Virus record (IMG/VR): IMGVR_UViG_3300009593_000016 | Location: 57,080 to 77,079 of that record | DNA from: an uncultured virus (IMG/VR IMGVR_UViG_3300009593_000016) | Taxonomy: Duplodnaviria; Heunggongvirae; Uroviricota; Caudoviricetes | DNA: 20,000 bases | Direction: 5' to 3' (one strand) | Shown here: piece after piece, positions 14,303-20,000 of the stretch | Layout of the letters: the number at the start of each line of letters is the position of its first letter | How positions within the stretch are numbered: the stretch's first letter is position 1 | Translations under genes and position numbers: made by a program | Notes under the pieces: model-generated | Databases searched by the model: none | The model's input: the letters and a program-made list of their open reading frames with translations, nothing else | Told to the model about the DNA's origin: nothing

Positions 14303-14505
14303 AGTTCTAGTATTCTCCAGTGTTGGTCATCTGGTGGATCAACCCAAAACCAAAAATCGGGTTGTGATTGAGAAGATAAGAATATTCTTCCATCCTCTCT
14401 CTTATTCTCTATTCTAGCATACGGGTTGTTATTCATATACCAAGCGAGTTTTTGCTTTGCTGCCTCACTCTGCGGTACTACCTTAACAAAATCTTTCAAT
14501 GACAT
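14299..14505 (-). CDS. Hypothetical protein (68 aa)
   Basis: ORF track; Trp-rich C-terminus (FWFWVD...DQHW). Confidence 0.8.
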   Translation of the reverse strand: MSLKDFVKVVPQSEAAKQKLAWYMNNNPYARIENKREDGRIFLSSQSQPDFWFWVDPPDDQHWRILEL

Positions 14506-14531
14506 AAAAAAAGAGGGTCGTGTGACCCTCT
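14506..14531 (-). terminator. Rho-independent terminator
   Basis: Minus strand AGAGGGTC-ACAC-GACCCTCT followed by TTTTTT, directly before the next ATG. Confidence 0.75.
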
Positions 14532-14537
14532 ATTTAT

Positions 14538-14861
14538 TTAATTAGCAGCAAATGCTCGATTGTAAGATTCTTTGACGTATTCGTAAGCAACCGTTGAGTG
14601 CTTGACTACGAACTGATAAGCGACCTTGAGATCTTTACCTAGTTCTTGTATCTCGTACTCGTGGATGCTCCAGCGAATTTTTGCGTCTTCACGATAGTCT
14701 TTAAGACTGAGGTGAGTAGATTCTGGTCGAGTCTTTGCCTTAATTTCTTCAGTCATAGTCATTGCAACAGGTTTTGTGTATTTAGCAGTGGTGACCTTAG
14801 AAGTTGTCTTGCGTGCTCTCCTCTTGCGTGGTGCCTTTGGAGTAGTAGCAGCAGTTGGCAT
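14538..14861 (-). CDS. Hypothetical protein (107 aa) with basic N-terminal tail
   Basis: PKAPRKRRARKTTSK N-terminus; ORF track. Confidence 0.8.
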   Translation of the reverse strand: MPTAATTPKAPRKRRARKTTSKVTTAKYTKPVAMTMTEEIKAKTRPESTHLSLKDYREDAKIRWSIHEYEIQELGKDLKVAYQFVVKHSTVAYEYVKESYNRAFAAN

Positions 14862-14952
14862 AATGTCGTGAATCTTTTGGACTCCTCCATAATAATGGTG
14901 AGGTACTCAATTCCCAGGTGAAATGTAACAAATGTTAACTAAAAAGGACAGT

Positions 14953-15891
14953 TTATCCACTGGCATAACTGAGCACTCCAAGTCTCTTTTGAATCAGGTT
15001 ACCATAATTCTCGTGCAACTCACAACCCAGATAATGCCTATTCAACTCCTTAGCAACCAGTGCAGTGGTGCCTGATCCTATAAATGGATCTAGTACCACG
15101 TCATCTTCACGTGATCCTGCCAGTATGCAAGGTTTAACCAAATCAGGTGGAAAAGTAGCAAAGTGTGCACCCTTGTAAGGTCTATTGGTAATCTTCCATA
15201 CACTACGTTTATTCCTCTTATCATACACCATTTTACGTGGTCTAGTTAACCCTGAGAAGGTGTTATTAGTGTCTTTAGTCTTATCCATATTGATGGGGTT
15301 ATTGCCTCCCCAACGCTCTCCTACTGCCTTCTCCTTGATACTCTCGTGGTCATAATAATAGTTCTTATTCTTACTTAAGAGGAACAAATACTCGTGAGAT
15401 TTAGTGCACCTATCTTTGACACTTTCAGGCATTGGATTTGGTTTGTGCCATATTATATCCTGACGTAAATACCAACCATCTGCACGTAGTGCAAATGCTA
15501 ACATCCAAGGGATGCCAATTAGATCCTTTTCTTTATATCCTTCTAACTTATTACCTCTCTTATTTGTATACTCTGGTAAGTCTTGGTTATTACTAGCAAT
15601 AGTTTGTTGAGGATATGTTCTACTGCCTTTCCCAGGTCTATAGTTATAATAACTATCACCAATATTCAACCATAATGTACCATCATCAGTAAGACAATCT
15701 CTCACTAATCTAAATGTTTTTACCATCTCTTGAATATACTCTTCTGGAGTAGATTCCTGTCCTATTTGTGATGCTTCGCCACCATAATCTCTTAGACCAT
15801 AATAAGGTGGAGAAGTCACACACATTTGACATTTAGTGGTGATATTCTTCAATGATTCTCTACAATCACCATAGAGAATTGTGTCTTTCAT
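14953..15891 (-). CDS. DNA methyltransferase, N4-cytosine/N6-adenine, beta class (N6_N4_Mtase)
   Basis: Catalytic TSPPY at the N-terminus; HFATFP and SAM-binding VLDPFIGSGTT near the C-terminus (beta motif order). Confidence 0.95.
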   Translation of the reverse strand: MKDTILYGDCRESLKNITTKCQMCVTSPPYYGLRDYGGEASQIGQESTPEEYIQEMVKTFRLVRDCLTDDGTLWLNIGDSYYNYRPGKGSRTYPQQTIASNNQDLPEYTNKRGNKLEGYKEKDLIGIPWMLAFALRADGWYLRQDIIWHKPNPMPESVKDRCTKSHEYLFLLSKNKNYYYDHESIKEKAVGERWGGNNPINMDKTKDTNNTFSGLTRPRKMVYDKRNKRSVWKITNRPYKGAHFATFPPDLVKPCILAGSREDDVVLDPFIGSGTTALVAKELNRHYLGCELHENYGNLIQKRLGVLSYASG

Positions 15892-15896
15892 AATAA

Positions 15897-16226
15897 TTAG
15901 CGTTCATCAATAGGTGGTAACATATCATTACCAGGATGTTCAACTATCTTGCCGTGATAGTTTCTGACGTTGCGAGGATAAAGAGATTCATCTATCTCAA
16001 TATCTAACCAGTCACTTGCATATATTAGCACATTACAGAACGTTTTGCCGTGTAATGCTTCAGGTGCATCAGTTTCGTGGGTGCAAATAGTAATATAATC
16101 ATCACCAACAAATGATATGTATCCAGTGTGATCTTGGAATTTAATGTATGTACCAAGTTCGAGAGATTTAAGGATGTTTCTCATTTCTATTTGGATAGCG
16201 TTGGCAAGGAAAAGATTAATCGTCAC
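15897..16226 (-). CDS. Hypothetical protein (109 aa)
   Basis: ORF track; GTGA overlap with the upstream stop. Confidence 0.75.
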   Translation of the reverse strand: MTINLFLANAIQIEMRNILKSLELGTYIKFQDHTGYISFVGDDYITICTHETDAPEALHGKTFCNVLIYASDWLDIEIDESLYPRNVRNYHGKIVEHPGNDMLPPIDER

Positions 16227-16795
16227 AACACATAGAATTGTAGCATATAACCATCCTGCTCACAATTATTATTACTTAATGAACAATTAATTGTTGATGG
16301 ATAGATCATAAATGTTCCTTCTTCTGGTTGATAACTAAACTTATTGGAATTAAGAGGATTATCTGCTAAAAACTTCCATTTAGGTGACACTGAGTGCCAA
16401 CTTGTCCAAGGTGATTCAAATGTTATTGTACAATCAGGTTTGTGCATAAAATATAAACCAGTCAACAGAGTATGAGATATATTCTGTTGAAAATCTATCT
16501 CCATCCCAGGTTTAACTTTACGACAATAATTATGTCCTAATTTGTACTCAAACGCATCAATATCACAAGCAAGAAAATTAGATAAAAAATATTCTAGTTG
16601 TTGATGTATTAATACGTGCCAAGCACGATATATTTCAGCAACATCACGTTGAATAGTCTTACCAGTTTCACTATCATAAACTAATGTCCTACAGTGTTGT
16701 TTAAAACCATTTGAAACTTCGCTGTTAGTTATATACAACGGAGTGGCAAATGCTGGTACTATATCAATAGCATTAAATTGGATTCGGTTTGTCAT
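16223..16795 (-). CDS. 2OG-Fe(II) oxygenase-fold protein with degenerate metal ligands
   Basis: PAFATPLY, LLTGLYFM, ITFESP and PEEGTFMIYPS match the TIGR02466-like scaffold, but the HxH and distal His are absent. Confidence 0.65.
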   Translation of the reverse strand: MTNRIQFNAIDIVPAFATPLYITNSEVSNGFKQHCRTLVYDSETGKTIQRDVAEIYRAWHVLIHQQLEYFLSNFLACDIDAFEYKLGHNYCRKVKPGMEIDFQQNISHTLLTGLYFMHKPDCTITFESPWTSWHSVSPKWKFLADNPLNSNKFSYQPEEGTFMIYPSTINCSLSNNNCEQDGYMLQFYVL

Positions 16796-17021
16796 AATGA
16801 TGTTGTCTTAGGTGAAGTTCATCTACTATCTCATCAATAATGTGTAGTTTCTCGTGTAATTCATTATCATCTATCCTGTTATCGCTATTTTGTTGATACA
16901 AACTACCGATATACATTGTAACTGCTTTACGCAAGATTGCGATCTGTTCGTTGTTAAGAATACGAGACCTAATACCGTGCATTTGTGGTGCTACTGCTGG
17001 ATGAATTGATAAGGGAGACAT
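16773..17021 (-). CDS. Hypothetical protein (82 aa)
   Basis: ORF track; late promoter upstream. Confidence 0.7.
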   Translation of the reverse strand: MSPLSIHPAVAPQMHGIRSRILNNEQIAILRKAVTMYIGSLYQQNSDNRIDDNELHEKLHIIDEIVDELHLRQHHYDKPNPI

Positions 17022-17045
17022 TGCAAATTACCTGACCTGATAATG

Positions 17046-17053
17046 TATTTAGT
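17046..17053 (-). promoter_or_regulatory. T4-type late promoter (ACTAAATA)
   Basis: Intergenic plus-strand tatttagt, 24 nt before the ATG at 17021. Confidence 0.65.
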
Positions 17054-17067
17054 ACTCAAATTATACC

Positions 17068-17745
17068 CTAAAGTAGAGGAATAAGCGAGAATTGGTCATC
17101 TGGGAGTGTAGGTTCTGTTAGAATATCAAAACCCAATGTTATCCTAGGTGAATCATCATAGTCTTCATTAACAACAACTCTGTGCATCCTTTCCCATCCT
17201 GGTCCAAAATATATGTTACCAATTTCATTCTTTATATTATATTTAATAGGGTCTTGTTTGAACTCAGTAGTACTATTTTTAGGGTCAATACTTATATATC
17301 CGTGATAAGGAAAATGATGATCGTGCCATTTTAATACTTCATTTTGCTTATGAAAGTTCATCCAACATTGCATCCACAATGGTTGACTGTTACCTAAAGT
17401 ATTACGAACTACTTGTTTTACGTTGTTAAATAAGAACCAATATAATGGTGATGGAGATGTTAAACTGAATACATTATAAAATCTATAACCAGACAGATCT
17501 CCCAGGTGACTCATTTTATCTATTTGATTCTTATCTTCTGCTGATGTATCACTAAACAGCGTAGGTAATGCTGATAATGTGAAATTATCATTCTTTAAAC
17601 TACTATCACATCCTGTAAATGTGTTTTTAAATAGTCTATAACTACGACCTAATTGTGTAACCATTTCTCTTTGTTCACGTTGAACAACTTCAGAGCGGTA
17701 CAATACCCAGTCTTCACCCTTTTCAATTAAATGTAAATCAGACAT
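17068..17745 (-). CDS. Putative 2OG-Fe(II) oxygenase-fold protein
   Basis: WMNFH...LKWHDH..YHGYISI, MHRVV, RITLGFDI. Confidence 0.75.
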   Translation of the reverse strand: MSDLHLIEKGEDWVLYRSEVVQREQREMVTQLGRSYRLFKNTFTGCDSSLKNDNFTLSALPTLFSDTSAEDKNQIDKMSHLGDLSGYRFYNVFSLTSPSPLYWFLFNNVKQVVRNTLGNSQPLWMQCWMNFHKQNEVLKWHDHHFPYHGYISIDPKNSTTEFKQDPIKYNIKNEIGNIYFGPGWERMHRVVVNEDYDDSPRITLGFDILTEPTLPDDQFSLIPLL

Positions 17746-18352
17746 TACTATATGCTCCGTTGGTTGGTGGTGTATCTTTTGAAAGATTTATGTTAACAAC
17801 TGGTCGCCATCTTGTTGATGGAGTTGTTGATGAGTGGAATAAATCACCTTGAAATATGACAGCACGTCCTTTCTTTGGTGGTATTCTAGTCATTTCAGTG
17901 AACTCACCCTTGCTAAGAATAGATTGATATTCTTGATCGCTTAAGGTACGCTCGTTGTAAATAACTGTATCGCCATCACTGTCATCAATATAATATACCA
18001 CATTCCAAGAATCCTTAACATAACTATCAATATGGGGTAATTGTGTATGATTAGCGAACATATTGGGGACACAATTTATTCGCATACGCATCAAATTGTA
18101 GCATTTAACTTGCTCCATTGCCATAAGAGATAAGGGAGTGAAAGCATTACATAAGGGTGACAGATTCCCTCCTTTATCCATTTCAAATAGATAATGAAAA
18201 TTACAGAAACCATTGCGAGGATCTCCCTCCAATTCCTCCATAATGGCACTGTCCTTCCTATGCCACGTTAGATTCTCATCTTTAATCAATGCTATCAACC
18301 ATTCTTGATAGATTGGTGGTATGAGATCATCCACCACATAATAGTCATTCAT
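17738..18352 (-). CDS. 2OG-Fe(II) oxygenase
   Basis: PHID, VVYYIDDSDGDT, PKKGRAVIFQGDLFHSS, RPVVNIN. Confidence 0.88.
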   Translation of the reverse strand: MNDYYVVDDLIPPIYQEWLIALIKDENLTWHRKDSAIMEELEGDPRNGFCNFHYLFEMDKGGNLSPLCNAFTPLSLMAMEQVKCYNLMRMRINCVPNMFANHTQLPHIDSYVKDSWNVVYYIDDSDGDTVIYNERTLSDQEYQSILSKGEFTEMTRIPPKKGRAVIFQGDLFHSSTTPSTRWRPVVNINLSKDTPPTNGAYSNV

Positions 18353-19062
18353 AAGAGTTCAACCTCAGCAAGATCATCTTCAAAATTTTCTTCAATTTGT
18401 CCAGGTCCCTCAGCAGGTCCATAGTACACGTCATTGTTTTGTCTACGTTGACAAGTAATGACCTCCTCACTTGCTGACTCCCAAGGTGCAGCAAGCATTG
18501 GTCTACCATCATATTTTAACCTACTGTACTCTCCATTTTGCTCTACGTATGAAACAAAGCATTGTATTTGTGACCCTTCACCCTCATATAACTCTCTCCA
18601 ATGTAAATCCTCGTGTCCTCTGAATATACAAGAATCACCCTCATTGAGAAATATCTCATATTTTTTATTCTCTGCTATTATCTGCATTGCCCAAGGATAG
18701 TCTGGATCTTCACTAACACATATATTACCAACCCATTCACCTGACATTCTATCTCTATGTTTAACGCAAGAGGTACCTTTAACATATAATCTACCATAAC
18801 AAAATGTCTGCCATAATGGTATGTTACCTATAATCTTCTCAACTATTGGTTGTTGATATTGTCCTAGTGCTTCAAAACATACAGGGCAATACATACTCCA
18901 AGCACCAGGCATTGTGGGATCTCCCAGGTCAGCATTGGGATATTGCCATTTAATTACATCCTTCATCATATGATATTCCATTGCTACGTGTTTACATAGT
19001 TCTTTTGGTATCATATTACGAACGATCCACATTCGTCCTTCAATAATAGTTTCTATATTCAT
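18349..19062 (-). CDS. 2OG-Fe(II) oxygenase
   Basis: YGRLY..G....KHRDR, LNEGDSCIFRG...LHWRE. Confidence 0.85.
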   Translation of the reverse strand: MNIETIIEGRMWIVRNMIPKELCKHVAMEYHMMKDVIKWQYPNADLGDPTMPGAWSMYCPVCFEALGQYQQPIVEKIIGNIPLWQTFCYGRLYVKGTSCVKHRDRMSGEWVGNICVSEDPDYPWAMQIIAENKKYEIFLNEGDSCIFRGHEDLHWRELYEGEGSQIQCFVSYVEQNGEYSRLKYDGRPMLAAPWESASEEVITCQRRQNNDVYYGPAEGPGQIEENFEDDLAEVELL

Positions 19063-19688
19063 ATTGCCTTTGCAAAGAATACTAAGGTTAGTCTACCAGT
19101 AGTTATATTATCACCAAAGAAGTCACCAGCAGAGTGATACTTTTGACCATCAAATAACAGGCATCTATTATATCTTGCCTCACATATAGTATTTGAAGTA
19201 AATGGTCTATTCTTCTCTCTTATCATCTTATTACCTTCAGCACGTACATCTTCATCATCAGTTAATACATTAGATTTGAAGTCATCAGTATACCCTACTC
19301 GGTCATCATTCTCTGGTACATCATATAATATAGTACCACACCCATTTGTATAAGTTTCGTTCAAATATACCATTCCACCTATACCAAACTGTGCAGAGTC
19401 TCGATGTACCCAACCACAGTCGTAATTACCAGTACAAAGATGAAACGTAGACTCTAATCTTTCGAATTGAGTATATCCAGGCAGATAATCTATGAGTTTA
19501 GAACATAATCTTTGATGGAAATGATAGTCTAATTCGTGTAACAAATGACTTGATCTTTTCCCTGGCCAATTACCTTTAGCAGGGTGATCTTTGCACACTA
19601 AGTAATCTAAACTAAGTGCCCAGTTCCTAATCACAGAGGGCGTTTCAAAGAAATTGTCTATTATTACTGTAGGAATTTGATTGGGCAT
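19059..19688 (-). CDS. 2OG-Fe(II) oxygenase (prolyl-hydroxylase/DUF6445-like)
   Basis: IIDNFFETP, WPGKRS, WVHRD, GMVYLN..GT, YNRCLLFDGQKYHSA, RLTLVFF. Confidence 0.88.
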   Translation of the reverse strand: MPNQIPTVIIDNFFETPSVIRNWALSLDYLVCKDHPAKGNWPGKRSSHLLHELDYHFHQRLCSKLIDYLPGYTQFERLESTFHLCTGNYDCGWVHRDSAQFGIGGMVYLNETYTNGCGTILYDVPENDDRVGYTDDFKSNVLTDDEDVRAEGNKMIREKNRPFTSNTICEARYNRCLLFDGQKYHSAGDFFGDNITTGRLTLVFFAKAI

Positions 19689-20000
19689 TGTGGTCGGTCA
19701 CCAAACATTAGGGTCTTAGATAGATGAGGGATGAGATTCTTGAGGTTGACTCGTTTCTCACCCATATCTATTCGTTCTTGTGTAGGTTTAGATTTTACTA
19801 AACGGTACTCTTGCATTAAATTATTCTCTTGATAAAATGCAACACGATAGATAGGGTCACCCCTTTTAATTATAAGAGGTTTATCTCTATCTACTATATC
19901 AACTGCAAATGACAGTGGTCTCTCCCATTGAGATAAGTTCCACCTCCCAGAGATCAGATTGAAATTATTATTGAGTGCTGTGAGTCCTGTATCCTTCTGC
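19664..20000 (-). CDS. Partial hypothetical protein (C-terminal part), possibly dUTPase-like beta-clip fold
   Basis: Hand translation: ...GRWNLSQWERPLSFAVDIVDRDKPLIIKRGDPIYRVAF...QCPIKFLQ-stop; open frame to the window edge. Confidence 0.65.
   Translation of the reverse strand, partial: QKDTGLTALNNNFNLISGRWNLSQWERPLSFAVDIVDRDKPLIIKRGDPIYRVAFYQENNLMQEYRLVKSKPTQERIDMGEKRVNLKNLIPHLSKTLMFGDRPQCPIKFLQ

Noticed and set aside
14924..14939. NtcA-like site GTA-N8-TAA upstream of the 107-aa gene
   Set aside because: It has one mismatch to GTA-N8-TAC and lies about 30 nt from the likely -10 box rather than about 22 nt; plausible by chance in AT-rich DNA.
911..18700. All plus-strand ORFs in the supplied track (e.g. 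911-1132, 2096-2389, 7250-7534, 12099-12422, 14646-14921)
   Set aside because: Each lies antisense to well-supported minus-strand genes and shows no recognisable motif, so they are most likely shadow ORFs.
19779..19788. TGTGTAGGTT match to the cassette core
   Set aside because: It lies inside a coding frame and lacks both the left arm and a correctly spaced -10 box.

Overview
This window looks like part of a T4-like marine cyanomyovirus genome (Kyanoviridae-like, AT-rich). The host group is my inference, and every credible gene is on the minus strand. In transcription order (right to left) it holds four blocks. (1) A tandem cluster of 2OG-Fe(II) oxygenase-fold genes (16.2-19.7 kb). (2) A beta-class N4C/N6A DNA methyltransferase, an SF2 ResIII-like helicase and a late-promoter-driven orphan gene. 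(3) An early variable region (7.8-12.1 kb) of many short ORFs punctuated by a repeated regulatory cassette with fixed spacing; it also holds a PvuII-like endonuclease and a tandem structured-RNA candidate. (4) A truncated NUMOD4-HNH gene, an origin-like intergenic region (opposite-strand sigma70 promoter, TTTTCCACA DnaA-type boxes, AT-rich tract), NlpC/P60 and AbrB-like genes, and late structural genes (a 1258-aa virion protein and a PAAR-like spike). I also read about a dozen short or partial ORFs missing from the supplied track by hand. All family calls come from motif recognition, not database searches.
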